In this document: one piece after another, positions 40,934-51,621 of the stretch
Numbering within the stretch: position 1 is the stretch's first letter
Layout of the letters: each line of letters starts with the position of its first letter
NCBI GenBank assembly: GCA_041740355.1
Contig: JBGSMD010000016.1
Location: 160,001 to 224,000 of the forward strand
Length of the DNA: 64,000 nt
Reading direction: 5' to 3'
From: Bdellovibrionota bacterium
Lineage (GTDB): Bacteria; Bdellovibrionota_C; UBA2361; CALJRW01
Notes under the pieces: model-generated
The model's input: the letters and a program-made list of their open reading frames with translations, nothing else
What the model was told of the DNA's origin: nothing
Databases searched by the model: none
Position numbers and translations under genes: made by a program

Positions 40934-43414
40934 ATGAAAGCGGAGCTAATCAGTCAAATTATTACACCCGAGCAAGTCAAGGTAAGATTAATCCAACAAC
41001 TTGCGGATAATGGTGCTGAACTTGCAAAAGTATGCGATTCGTTAATTTTAGACGCTTTTAATCAGAGTTTTCCAATTAAGCTGCAAGAAGATTTAGGATT
41101 AATCTTAGTGGCTGGAGGGAGCTATGGACGCAGGCAACAAATCAAAAATGTCTCTGATGCCGAAATCCAGATTATCTGGACCAAAGCTGATCCTGATAAT
41201 CAAGGTCAAGTCCTAATAGATGCCTACGAATCAGCACTAGTGCTTTTTCAAAAAAAAGCTCAAAGAGAACTTCCCCCGATTGGAATTGAATGTGAATTAA
41301 GATTTATTACAAGTCACTTCAGCGATCTTAAACGTGATCTGGAAGGTTACCAAAAAAGCCTAGCTTCCGAATATCAAAGTAAGCAAAAGGAAAAATTATA
41401 TAATTTTTTAATTAACCTGAATAATCTTTTATTTGGTAGAGCACTAAATGTTCCTTCAGATTCAGTTCCTCAAGAGATTATTAAAGATTTATTACAAGAC
41501 CAAAATCGTTTTAATCAAGTTACGGAAGCTATAATTCGAGGGATCAATATTTCCTTAGGTAATTACGGCACACTAGCGATGGCTGACATCCAAATTAAAA
41601 ATCAAGTGCAAAGAACTGCTCATTTAGGAGTAAGCTTAATCGAATGTTTAAGATTAGCCAGTAGTAATTTTCCCGAAGAATTAGATCCCTTGCAAGAATC
41701 ATTTAAAAAGCACCAATTGGAATTTACTTTCTTTCGTTACCTACACCAACTAACAGACGTACCCCGAACAACGCAGGCTAGTCATACCCCCGAGAACTTT
41801 AGCTACTTTGATCGTGAAATACTTCAAAGAAACTTTGAAATAAAGTATCCACAATATAAAAACTTAGATGTCGTTACATGGCTCTTCACCGAAATTGAAG
41901 CTCTTGATTATAATATTAAAAGATTAGTCACTTGGGTTAGTGAAGAAGTGCCGCTAACGGCGAAACCGATAGAGAAAAGCTTAGCAAGTGATCCCTTCAA
42001 TGCTTTTGGCAATGTTGCCCAATTGCTACGCGAATATCTGACTAACGATCCTGAATACTTACCTGCTGTTCAAAAACTTCGCGGGATTGTAGATCCCAAT
42101 ACTTATCAAACTTTCACTCTCTTTGAGCATGCGATGCAAGCAGTTAGTGCTATTGATCAAGTTTATCGTGGAGAAAAAAAGGACGATCGTTTTACAAAAC
42201 TTCTGCATAGCTTAAGTCCTAAAGATATTAAAATTCTTTATCTAGCAACGCCACATCACGACTGTGCTAAACCTGAAGAAATTAAACGTGGGATTAAAGA
42301 CTCTTATTGGCATGCGGAGCATGGAGCTTCAGTCGCCTTAGAAGAATTTAACAATCTAGACTTAACTGTGGAGGATAAAGCTGTCATTGCGCGTTTAATT
42401 GCTAATCACTTATGGCTTAAGGATGTTTCAAAATTTTCTTTACACACAATTCATCAGGCAGTATCGGGCTTACCAGTCGAGATTAGAAATGAAACCTTCA
42501 TAACTCAACTTTCATTATTAACTTATGCCGATGGTCTCAGTACTAATCCTAAAAATTGGGATGTTTTTCGATCTAATCACTTGTACGATGCCACTCTCTC
42601 GGCATTTAGACAAATCAAAGGAGATCCGACCATTATGCCAATTTCAAACTTCACAAACCATCTTTTCGATTTTTATGAACTCTATCTTTTTGGGCAAAAT
42701 CATCAGGAAGTGACTGATTTTTTACAACTATTACCAGATAGTTTTCGAACTCTCCCGATATTAAGCGTTTGTAATTTTATAAAAATTTACAAAAAGTTTG
42801 ATGGAGCTCCACAAATTCATTTTGCGATTCATAAAGAGTTACCTAGCGATCTAGAAGAACAGTCTTTTAAAGCGGATCTACTATTAGTAGCAGCTGATCG
42901 TAATTTCTTAGCTAGTAATATAGTTGCTGAAATAACAAAACGTGGTTTCAATATCCAATCCGCCGATTTTTTTACTAGTAGCACTGGCGTAGTTTTTAAC
43001 AGGCTAACCTTGCATCACCATGCCGATCGCCAAGACGATCTACCTCGTTTAAAAACATCTTTAATGGAATTGCTTCAGAATAATGATTTATTAATTCCAA
43101 AAGCAGATCCTACTTTCAAGCTTGATGCTCATTCAACTTTAGTTTCCTTAGTTAGTCCGCAATTTCCACCAAGTGATCATACGTTTATGATTAAAATTAA
43201 GACTGAGGATCGCAAAGGACTTCTACTTAATATTTTACAATGTTTTAACTCTACTCAACTGGCACTTCAATCATGTTGTGTTAACTCTGAGGGTAATAAC
43301 GTTGAGAATTTTTTTGAATTAAGTTTTAATCGCCGTGGAAGTGGAACAGAACTCTCTAGTAATCATCTTGAGGTACTAAAAGCCAGAATCGAGAAAGAAT
43401 TATTTGCCTTATAA
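40934..43414 (+). CDS. glnD: Divergent GlnD-like protein (nucleotidyltransferase-HD-ACT-ACT)
   Basis: AGGSYGR...SDAE NTase motif; FT..EH, HHDCAK, HAEHGA and LLTYAD HD-domain motifs; two ACT domains (DRNFL, EDRKGLL). Confidence 0.7.
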   Translation: MKAELISQIITPEQVKVRLIQQLADNGAELAKVCDSLILDAFNQSFPIKLQEDLGLILVAGGSYGRRQQIKNVSDAEIQIIWTKADPDNQGQVLIDAYESALVLFQKKAQRELPPIGIECELRFITSHFSDLKRDLEGYQKSLASEYQSKQKEKLYNFLINLNNLLFGRALNVPSDSVPQEIIKDLLQDQNRFNQVTEAIIRGINISLGNYGTLAMADIQIKNQVQRTAHLGVSLIECLRLASSNFPEELDPLQESFKKHQLEFTFFRYLHQLTDVPRTTQASHTPENFSYFDREILQRNFEIKYPQYKNLDVVTWLFTEIEALDYNIKRLVTWVSEEVPLTAKPIEKSLASDPFNAFGNVAQLLREYLTNDPEYLPAVQKLRGIVDPNTYQTFTLFEHAMQAVSAIDQVYRGEKKDDRFTKLLHSLSPKDIKILYLATPHHDCAKPEEIKRGIKDSYWHAEHGASVALEEFNNLDLTVEDKAVIARLIANHLWLKDVSKFSLHTIHQAVSGLPVEIRNETFITQLSLLTYADGLSTNPKNWDVFRSNHLYDATLSAFRQIKGDPTIMPISNFTNHLFDFYELYLFGQNHQEVTDFLQLLPDSFRTLPILSVCNFIKIYKKFDGAPQIHFAIHKELPSDLEEQSFKADLLLVAADRNFLASNIVAEITKRGFNIQSADFFTSSTGVVFNRLTLHHHADRQDDLPRLKTSLMELLQNNDLLIPKADPTFKLDAHSTLVSLVSPQFPPSDHTFMIKIKTEDRKGLLLNILQCFNSTQLALQSCCVNSEGNNVENFFELSFNRRGSGTELSSNHLEVLKARIEKELFAL

Positions 43415-43470
43415 TAATTAAATACGAAGGTAAACAATTGTTATGGACCTATAACTTAGCCTAGTCTATT

Positions 43471-43618
43471 TATATAGTGATGACAAAAAATAAATTACGT
43501 AAAAGTATATAGATTAATTTGCTTTTTTGTCATAACCGTATGATTTTATAACGCTTGCGGGAGATAGAACGCCCCAAAAAGTAATTTACGTAAGAAAATT
43601 ACTTTTTGGACTTTCTAT
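43471..43618 (+). repeat. 148-bp double-hairpin element, copy 1 (inverted partner at 51835-51982)
   Basis: Ungapped hand alignment to the reverse complement of 51835-51982 gives about 119/148 identities; two long internal stems. Confidence 0.92.
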
Positions 43619-43708
43619 ATTAAAACAGATTTTGCTTTTGAATAGCAAAATAAAGCAGGCTCTGTTGCCTGATATTAAGTATAAAACTCCAGTAAAACTG
43701 AATAATAT

Positions 43709-44461
43709 TTATTTTTTTCTGGCAAAACCACCATCATTTAAATCAACTTTCAACATAACAGAGCTAACGGGATCGTTCCTTGTTTGTCTTGGTTCTGACT
43801 GATAAAAGATTAAACCGAATTTTTGTTGAATCTGAGCATGTGCCATGTTAATCCAGTTTAAACCGACCAGGCCAGAATATTGACGTTTAGCATTGTTATA
43901 GATTGAATTAACTTCAATCGTCGGATCGATGCTGGCAGAATTGCCCAAAAGGATGGAGATTGGATCTGTAAATGCTAAAGGAGTTTTAGGAGTTTTGTAC
44001 ATCATTAAGAAACTACCATCTGGAGCCCCTAAAATTGAAATGCGTTCCATTCCACACTTAAGAAAAGTAATTACATCTGTTTGAGAAAATGCAAGTGCCG
44101 CTTTAGCTCCATGTGCTTCCTGATACGGATGGGTATGAAATACACCAATATCTTTAATACCTGGCTCATTAAATGGCTTTACCAAAACAGAGGTACTATT
44201 ACCGATTGACCAACGCTTCTCATCGGGAAGCATTAATTGATTTTGGTCATTAGCTAATAAAGTAAATCCACGTTCCCTGCCATCACTATTAGTTTGGGAA
44301 ATTGCCAGACCCGCTTTACGCATAAATGCATCTGGTAGCGTTATCACCTCCGGACTAGGTGAGTTATTTGCTAACATATTTTTGACTAAAAGAGATAAGC
44401 TTTGAGAAGACTTCGGATTATCCAATCCAGATTTCATAAAAGCACTTAGTGGATCCATCAT
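43709..44461 (-). CDS. JAB/MPN+ (DUF4329-like) metallopeptidase-domain protein
   Basis: E (RERG) ... FHTHP-x10-FS..D JAMM-type zinc motif. Confidence 0.7.
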   Translation of the reverse strand: MMDPLSAFMKSGLDNPKSSQSLSLLVKNMLANNSPSPEVITLPDAFMRKAGLAISQTNSDGRERGFTLLANDQNQLMLPDEKRWSIGNSTSVLVKPFNEPGIKDIGVFHTHPYQEAHGAKAALAFSQTDVITFLKCGMERISILGAPDGSFLMMYKTPKTPLAFTDPISILLGNSASIDPTIEVNSIYNNAKRQYSGLVGLNWINMAHAQIQQKFGLIFYQSEPRQTRNDPVSSVMLKVDLNDGGFARKK

Positions 44462-44524
44462 TTACCGTAATCTGCAAAAAAGTTTGAAATGCTTCTATTG
44501 ATTTAATAAAACTCAAGATAGCAG

Positions 44525-44540
44525 AGCAAAGAATCTGCCA
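44525..44540 (-). promoter_or_regulatory. Candidate sigma-54 promoter for the JAB-domain gene
   Basis: Minus strand TGGCAGATTCTTTGCT (GG-N10-GC), ~64 nt upstream of the ATG. Confidence 0.55.
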
Positions 44541-44742
44541 GAATGTCAGCAAAGCCAAGCGCGAAACGCCTTGCTTCCCAATAAGTCGCTATTATTTGCT
44601 TTGAGAATGCGCATCCAAACTCTGGACTGCTAATTTTCTCACTTCTGCTGATCAGACCTCTGAAGAACACAGCTATGAAAGAAGCTAGGCCTTAAACTAT
44701 CTTAGATGGCTGATTAAACAATCTTCAGAGCCTTGCACTTGG

Positions 44743-45417
44743 TTAAATTTGAGTCCTAACAAGTCTCAAATTCAATGCCTTTTGGTACAATTCCATATCA
44801 ACTTGATGAAATGATTCTATTTGATTCCTCAAAGATTTATTTATGGAATAGTTACCATTTTTACAAACATTTAAATTTTCTCTAAAAGATGGAATATCTT
44901 TATTTAGATATTTATTTGTGAAGTATTTAAAGTCATCTTCATAATGTTCGGTTATACCAATAAAATCAAAATTATTTAGAGGAAAGCCCCATAAAAACTG
45001 ATTATATAAATCTCTCATTTCATCACTTAGACAAAACTTTGACAAAGTCCATTTTTCTTCAATTACACGCTTGTGAAGTGCTGGAGCTTCGGGACTGTAT
45101 CTTCTTTGCCAGAAATAATAATGAGAAATAATTCTTTCCACCGGATGACGCATCCACGTCACAAACTTCAATGATTTGATGCTGTTTAATAGTAAGTATT
45201 TTATTGGCATGAAATGTCCATGAATACATTCTACTTCTCCAAAATCGTATTCAGTAATAGATAAACTTGAAATTAATGCATTCCTGTTTCGCTGAAAAAG
45301 AGGCGTATTGATCGGTAGATCAGTATAATCGAGTAATAATTTTTGTTCAAAATATTGCTCCAAGGAAACTTTAAAACTAGATCCAGCAGTTTTTGGAAGA
45401 TGAAGTGAGATTATCAT
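44743..45417 (-). CDS. Sulfotransferase family 2 protein
   Basis: HLPKTAGSS 5'-PSB motif, GHF, RHPVERIIS.Y 3'-PB motif, FIGITE and D.ELY. Confidence 0.9.
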   Translation of the reverse strand: MIISLHLPKTAGSSFKVSLEQYFEQKLLLDYTDLPINTPLFQRNRNALISSLSITEYDFGEVECIHGHFMPIKYLLLNSIKSLKFVTWMRHPVERIISHYYFWQRRYSPEAPALHKRVIEEKWTLSKFCLSDEMRDLYNQFLWGFPLNNFDFIGITEHYEDDFKYFTNKYLNKDIPSFRENLNVCKNGNYSINKSLRNQIESFHQVDMELYQKALNLRLVRTQI

Positions 45418-45679
45418 ACTTTGTAGTTATAAATCTTAAACCTTAATTTTTTGTTGATTAATAAGTTATACCGTCATGAAACAATTATGGCGTGTAAGGC
45501 AAAAGCATATACCCAATAATCATAGTATAAATAAAGCTAATTAGTTTTTAAATCATCAACATCCCCTACAACCCAAATATGCTAAAAATGTGATAGACTT
45601 TTTTCCAAGCAATCAAGTCAATACTTAATTAATTTTTAGTATATTTTACACTCATTAAAATTGTAAAACTTTTTACTCA

Positions 45680-47083
45680 TTACTTTGTAGATATCCTTGG
45701 CCCTACAGGGCGAGAGCGCTTTCCCGACTCAGCCAACTCACCCCAAGCTTCCGCTGCAACTATGCGTCGAGGGATCGCGTGGGGTTCAACATGCTTAGCG
45801 CAAAGTTCCCTAAGAGAATTAAGATCGAAAGATACCTCTGGCGCAAGGACTACTTCCGCAACAGGCACAAGACCAAGTAGTGGATGGCTTTCTGGATAGC
45901 AGACAGCATCGCGAATATTTGGATGCGAGGCAAGTATCCGCTCTACTGCCTCTGGATTTACAAGCTTTCCGCCGCTTCTAAATATTCGGTCAAGTCGACC
46001 ACGAAAATGTAGTCGTCCATTCTTTTCAATACTCAGCAAATCGTTACTATGGAAGAAACCCTCAGCATCGAGCCCTTCATAGCAACCACTGGGATTTATA
46101 TAACCCAGAAATACTGATGAACCGCGGATCACAAATCGCCCCGCGTCATTACCAGCTACTGGATCGAGTCGCCATTCAAAATGAGAATAGGGAAGACCAA
46201 TACAGGCATCGACGCCGCCGCCATCGTTAATCGCCAAATCTGAAATCCTTGGTCCTGCTTCTGTCATCCCGTAAAGAAAAAGTTTTTGAGCAGAAGGGAA
46301 GGCTTGATCGAAGTCGCGTACCAGATCATCCCCAAGAGGTTCCCCTCCCGTAGTCACCATCCGTACTCCAGAAAACGGGGTCTTATTCCAGTAAGCAAAG
46401 AACATGCGAAAAAGCGAAGGAGGTCCTTGCACGACAGTGATCCCCTCTCGCCGAATTGCGGCTTGTAGTTGCGTAAGTGGTTCGCGAGGTGAGAAAAGAT
46501 AGCAGGTTGCTCCCGCCAAAAGAGCTGAAAGGCAACCACCTATTAAACCATACATAAAACCTAGCGGAGTGTTAACCGCAATTCGATCGCTAGTGTTAAG
46601 TGCTAAGGCCTTCTTAATTGCTTCCGCTGTGATCACTAGCGACTCGGCAGGTAATGCTACTAATTTTGGCTGACCTGTAGTTCCGGAGGTGCAAATCACT
46701 AGCCCTTCATCGCGTAAATCTAGTGAGATAGTTATGTTTGTATATGTGTAATCTATTTTTGTGTCTGGTATTGGCATGTCAAGCGTTGCAATTGGTCGCA
46801 ACCAAGTGCTAATCTCGTTGACCTGCAAATTAGTCATCCCTTCACGAATCACAACTGGCACTATGCCGCGATTCCAACAGGCCAAAACGCTGATCAGAAT
46901 ATCAACAGGATCTTTCTGCCGCACTAAAACTCGCCCGGGCTTCTCAGTCACCTCTGGCAATGTTGAGGCGACAGATGAGGCAAGTGCTGCCAGTCTATTA
47001 AACGAAATTCGACGATCGTTATACACAATAGCTTCATGGTCACTTCTACTTGTGACCTGTTCAATAAATTGTTTCCAAATCAT
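45680..47083 (-). CDS. Adenylate-forming enzyme (AMP-binding, acyl/aminoacyl-carrier ligase)
   Basis: TSGTTGQPK, YGMTEAG, S.DL, GR.D.....GG..V.P..VE and GK motifs. Confidence 0.9.
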   Translation of the reverse strand: MIWKQFIEQVTSRSDHEAIVYNDRRISFNRLAALASSVASTLPEVTEKPGRVLVRQKDPVDILISVLACWNRGIVPVVIREGMTNLQVNEISTWLRPIATLDMPIPDTKIDYTYTNITISLDLRDEGLVICTSGTTGQPKLVALPAESLVITAEAIKKALALNTSDRIAVNTPLGFMYGLIGGCLSALLAGATCYLFSPREPLTQLQAAIRREGITVVQGPPSLFRMFFAYWNKTPFSGVRMVTTGGEPLGDDLVRDFDQAFPSAQKLFLYGMTEAGPRISDLAINDGGGVDACIGLPYSHFEWRLDPVAGNDAGRFVIRGSSVFLGYINPSGCYEGLDAEGFFHSNDLLSIEKNGRLHFRGRLDRIFRSGGKLVNPEAVERILASHPNIRDAVCYPESHPLLGLVPVAEVVLAPEVSFDLNSLRELCAKHVEPHAIPRRIVAAEAWGELAESGKRSRPVGPRISTK

Positions 47084-47925
47084 AATCCCAGATCCTGTAA
47101 AAAGCGACCATCATCAATGTTACGAAGAAACCGAAGATTTTCAGGCCTTGAAGTTATGAGCTTCTCTAGTTCGCTCCAATACCGATCTAGCCAGGCCTGC
47201 TGCCATTGCTCATCCGTCATTTCATTATATGATACTTCCATCCGCTGACATTTAATTCGTATGCGATTACCATGCCATTGAGCTAGAACGAAAAAAGTAG
47301 GAACGTTAAGCTTAAAGGCAAGTGCAGGAAGACCAGGTGATAGATGCCAACAGTGATCAAATTTAATTACCTCCCTGCTGTGACCACTAATCTTCGTATC
47401 AGCCGCCCCCAAAAGTATTCCACCACGTCTTAGGTGTAGGGCCGACTTTACTAATAACACACCACGTTCTGCTGGAGGGAGCGGATCAAGGAAGGTTGCG
47501 TTTGGACTTTGGGAAAGCCATGCCGGAAAGTCTCCCAAATTTGTCCAAACAAGTAGAGGCATCTGCCTTTCCAGCATAACATTCATCAGAAATTTGGGAG
47601 GCCCGAGATGCGCTGTGGCAACAATCACGCCACCTTCGGCCAGAGCCGAATCGAGTTCGCTCCAGTCGGTCGGCTCAAGTAGTGCCAGCGCTTCAGGCTT
47701 AAGACTTGGATTATTCAGGAACCGGCGAACAATACACCCTGCAACCACACCCCACCATGCCTGCGAGCACCAGTTTGAATCAATCGCGATCTTTGGATGG
47801 TTTTTTGCCCAGTGTTGAATCCGAGACTTTCGCCAAGCAATTAAAGCTACAACTCGTAGTAGTCTTAGCTGAAACTTAAGGGATAGTCTCGAGTTAGCAA
47901 TTGCCAAGATTAACAGCTTCAACAT
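47080..47925 (-). CDS. LpxL/HtrB-like (LABLAT) lysophospholipid acyltransferase-family protein
   Basis: L..AL.EGGVIVATAHLG, LRRGG.L.GAAD, GLPALA and LE..I...PE patterns. Confidence 0.7.
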   Translation of the reverse strand: MLKLLILAIANSRLSLKFQLRLLRVVALIAWRKSRIQHWAKNHPKIAIDSNWCSQAWWGVVAGCIVRRFLNNPSLKPEALALLEPTDWSELDSALAEGGVIVATAHLGPPKFLMNVMLERQMPLLVWTNLGDFPAWLSQSPNATFLDPLPPAERGVLLVKSALHLRRGGILLGAADTKISGHSREVIKFDHCWHLSPGLPALAFKLNVPTFFVLAQWHGNRIRIKCQRMEVSYNEMTDEQWQQAWLDRYWSELEKLITSRPENLRFLRNIDDGRFLQDLGL

Positions 47926-48167
47926 GATTTCTCTAATAAGCGAATAATATTACCAGCCGTTGCCAGCGTATCCGCCGTAAGTTGTTCATCGCGGATTGTA
48001 ATACCAGTGCGGCGCTCGAGTTCAAGCACAATCTCTAAAAAATCAACCGAATCAATGCCAAGTCCTTCTGCCCCCAATTGAGTGTCGGCCTGAATCAAAG
48101 TATCAGATTTATTAGCTATATTTTGGATCACTTCGTAGACCATCAGCTTAAGTTCTTCATGAGTCAT
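47919..48167 (-). CDS. Acyl/aminoacyl carrier protein
   Basis: LGIDSVDFLEIV..LE phosphopantetheine-Ser motif; GGAG RBS. Confidence 0.9.
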   Translation of the reverse strand: MTHEELKLMVYEVIQNIANKSDTLIQADTQLGAEGLGIDSVDFLEIVLELERRTGITIRDEQLTADTLATAGNIIRLLEKSC

Positions 48168-48396
48168 GAATGGTCTCCATTTATATTTGACTAAAATTTA
48201 CTTTGTTTACAATTGTACAGTAGAAAAAATATACCAGTAAAGTAAAATTTATCAACATTAAACCCAATAACTAGATGAAAGCCAAACGCAGTGTGTAGAG
48301 TTTGTCAACTAATTACTAGTTGAGACAAGCTATACAAAAGTTTTCTGGATCTTGGTAAAAGAGCTAAGCAAATTTGGGAGTCTAATTTTGTAAAAC

Positions 48397-49662
48397 TTAA
48401 CCTAGTTCCTCGAACTTCGCTTTCATTGTCGGATTACCATGAGTTAACTTCTTAATAGTTAAATCCTCTGTCTTTTCATTGGCAAGTCGAAGATTGTTCT
48501 CAGATGCTAATAATGCATCTTTAGTTTTTTGCAATTCTTTGATTGTTTTATCTATTCCGTCTATCGCGTCTTTAAATTTACGGCTAGCCAAATCATAGTT
48601 CCTGGCAAAACCATCTTTAAACTTATTCATTTTTTCTTCAAAATTAGTAATGTCAATGTTTTGACTTTTAACTAAGGCAAGTTCTGATCTATATTGCATA
48701 GAGTTCATAGCGGCATTTCGAAGTAATGTAATAATGGGAATAAAAAATTGAGGCCGCACCACATACATTTTACTGTGTTTGTGTGACACATCAACAATGC
48801 CTGTATTATAAAATTCACTGTCAATTTCTAATAAGGAAACAAGAACAGCATATTCGCATTTTTTTTCAGTACGATCTTTGTCTAATTCCTTTAAAAAATC
48901 TTCGTTTCTTTTTTTTGTTGCTGTTTCATCTCCCTCATTCTTCATTTCAAACATTATCGAAATGATTTCATTGCCTGCTTCATCACTCTCCCTATATATG
49001 AAGTCCCCTTTACTACCTGATTTGGAATCATTATCTTTTTCAAAATAAGCTTTTTGAAAAGCCGTGGCGCGAAGTTTATTAAATTCAGTTTCGCAGTGTT
49101 GCTCCAGAGTTTCTCCTAACATTTTCGTGGAAAGTTTTAGTTTCATATCTTTGACGCGAGCAATTTCGTCGTCTTTATACTTAATGATTGCATCTTTACT
49201 CTGCAATTCCGTGGAAAATTTTTGCTTTAAAGAATTTTCCAGATTTTGTTTTTCTAACTCCTTGGTCTTCACATCATTTGCTAAACTGTCTCGTTCTTTT
49301 TCAACTTTTTGGACAGCCTCGTTAACAGCAAGTTTTTTGGCAACTTCTGAATTATCAATTTTCGCTTTTAGTTGGTTTATTTCCGATTCTTTTTTATTTA
49401 GCTTTTCAGATAATGTTAGGTCGTTTTGAGCTTTAAGCTCGGTTAGTTCGTGATCTTTTTTTGTTAATTGTTCTTGCAAGGAATTTTTAACAATTGCTTC
49501 CGCTAATTTTACGGCGCTTTCTTTTTCTTTCTCAGCTAGATTTAGTCGTTTTTGCAATTCATCTTCAAATTGGTGGTCACGAACTTGTTTCACAATGTCT
49601 GCAAATCCAGTTTCATCAATTTTAAATGCTTTATTACAATTGGGGCAAATAATTTCATTCAT
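48397..49662 (-). CDS. DUF2130-domain protein (Zn-finger, coiled coil, putative nuclease-like domain)
   Basis: IICPNC...F.ID, long coiled coil, [31 protein letters not shown] and NPTMKAKF motifs. Confidence 0.88.
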   Translation of the reverse strand: MNEIICPNCNKAFKIDETGFADIVKQVRDHQFEDELQKRLNLAEKEKESAVKLAEAIVKNSLQEQLTKKDHELTELKAQNDLTLSEKLNKKESEINQLKAKIDNSEVAKKLAVNEAVQKVEKERDSLANDVKTKELEKQNLENSLKQKFSTELQSKDAIIKYKDDEIARVKDMKLKLSTKMLGETLEQHCETEFNKLRATAFQKAYFEKDNDSKSGSKGDFIYRESDEAGNEIISIMFEMKNEGDETATKKRNEDFLKELDKDRTEKKCEYAVLVSLLEIDSEFYNTGIVDVSHKHSKMYVVRPQFFIPIITLLRNAAMNSMQYRSELALVKSQNIDITNFEEKMNKFKDGFARNYDLASRKFKDAIDGIDKTIKELQKTKDALLASENNLRLANEKTEDLTIKKLTHGNPTMKAKFEELG

Positions 49663-50352
49663 ATCTTATTGTGTAATTGAATATCTTTAAAATTAGTACT
49701 AATGGTATAAAAATGAAAGAGCTGAGATTTCTCTCCATCCCTAGTACCGCGTATGCATTATCTGAGTATTTTGGCTTGTGCCAGGCAACTTTTTCTTCCC
49801 ACACGACAACTTTCACTTACTACTTATTACCTACGATAAGAATACAAAAAAGTATTCCCATGCCTCGCTTAAGAAAAGCCATTTTCCATAACTACCTCCA
49901 CTTCGTCACTATCATCGTGGAAAAATGAACTCTGCTTCCTGCTAATCCTTTAGTTAAATTCTTAATATAAGTAGCTTTAGTCCATACGTTTTAACCACAT
50001 CAGTTTAAAACTAGTCACCGGTCGCTATGGCACTTATATTCAAGGGATCTTTAGAATTTAGGATTACTAAGAATTACCAAAATTTATGGAACGATTTAAA
50101 ACTAAATCTGTAAATTATTTAAGCAGAATTTTTGGTGGACAAAAAATAATCTAGTATGAATGATATAACTCTCAATCTTCTGTCAGAATTTCTGATTCTA
50201 AGAAAGAATGCCGCAAGGTTCAAGAGTATCGCACAAAGGGTCTGATTGCTTTTACTACTAGTTAAACTTACATTTAGACTATAGTTTAGTTATTTGGGAC
50301 TCGATTTACCAATCTTGATTAGTTATAATATACCTACTTTTATTCTACCATT

Positions 50353-51621
50353 ATGGATTCTAATCATACCTTACTAACTGAGAATAAATTTATTAAAACA
50401 ATCTTAATATTTATTTTGATTTTTACTGGAATTGCATTAAAAGTTGGTGCCATTCATCTAATACCTAAAAGTCTAACTCCCGATGAAACGACTTATTTAA
50501 GACATGCCTCTGAAATTCAAGGCTTAGGACTTATTGCTGGAGTTCAGAAATCTATTGCCGATTACAATAATAACCTGGAGGAAAGATTATATCCAATTCC
50601 GCTAAGATTCGGGGTGACTGGGCCTTTAGCCTTATCGAATCATTTTTTTGGGCAGAACTTAAATGCTAGTAGTTCTCCTTTCCTCTTCGCATCTGCTTCA
50701 TCATTTATAATTTTAATAATAATTTCCTATTTTCTGGTGGGTATTTATGGAGCTTACTGCCTAGCTTTAATCTCAGTCTTTTTTTTACCTGAAATTGAGA
50801 TTACTAGAAGAATTTGGACAGAGTCATTTACTGAGCTGTTTTATTTACTAATTGTTCTTTCCGGAATGCTGATTATTAAAAGTAAAAAAGCATTTTCTTT
50901 TTATTCATTGCCTTACATAATATTTGGAATTTATGTATTTTTCATTAAAGAGACTGCTTTCTTAATTCTCTTTGCTGGATCATTAATTCCATTTGGCTAC
51001 TTTTTATCTAAGAAGAAGTATTTAGAGGCAGTAAAATTATTTATTCTAGGACTATTAATGATATTATTTTCATTATCTGTCCTAGTTTATATGGTCGGTA
51101 GTTATGAATTATTGATTGAAACTTATCAAAATCATTTTTTAGCTCATGAAAATAATAACTATGCCCAAAATTATCAAGATGGCAATTGGTATGATTTACT
51201 AATTAGTTTATTTATCCTTTCTCCCGGTTCAATATTTTTACTTTTATCGGCAATTGTTATGCTGGGTTTTAGTAAGAAGTGTTTGCCAGCAAAACTAAAT
51301 TTTAATCTCAAGTTTTTTATTAGTTATAGTTTATTAATTTGTTTCTTATTTATATTTGCTTGTAGTGTAACGAAGTATAATTTAAATCTGAGACAGCTTG
51401 CGCCTATTTACCCCTTGATTTTACTTTTGGCATCTACTCCCATAGCTCTCTGTTTAAAACATCTAGCAAACTCTGGTAACTACAAAACATTTATTATAGT
51501 AAATATCTTATTACTCACAGCAATAGGATATAACGCACAAGTCGCTTGGCTTTACCTTAATACACCAAGCTGTCAAGATTTCTCTTTACGTTTAATCATG
51601 GAGTGCTTAAATTTAAGATAG
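50353..51621 (+). CDS. Polytopic membrane protein, probable GT-C (ArnT/PMT-like) glycosyltransferase
   Basis: PDE..Y in the first loop, TE and KE motifs, R.L.P.YP near the C-terminus, ~11 TM segments. Confidence 0.65.
   Translation: MDSNHTLLTENKFIKTILIFILIFTGIALKVGAIHLIPKSLTPDETTYLRHASEIQGLGLIAGVQKSIADYNNNLEERLYPIPLRFGVTGPLALSNHFFGQNLNASSSPFLFASASSFIILIIISYFLVGIYGAYCLALISVFFLPEIEITRRIWTESFTELFYLLIVLSGMLIIKSKKAFSFYSLPYIIFGIYVFFIKETAFLILFAGSLIPFGYFLSKKKYLEAVKLFILGLLMILFSLSVLVYMVGSYELLIETYQNHFLAHENNNYAQNYQDGNWYDLLISLFILSPGSIFLLLSAIVMLGFSKKCLPAKLNFNLKFFISYSLLICFLFIFACSVTKYNLNLRQLAPIYPLILLLASTPIALCLKHLANSGNYKTFIIVNILLLTAIGYNAQVAWLYLNTPSCQDFSLRLIMECLNLR

Noticed and set aside
49677-49928. 83-aa plus-strand ORF upstream of DUF2130
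   Set aside because: TTG start, no RBS, atypical composition; more likely degraded intergenic DNA
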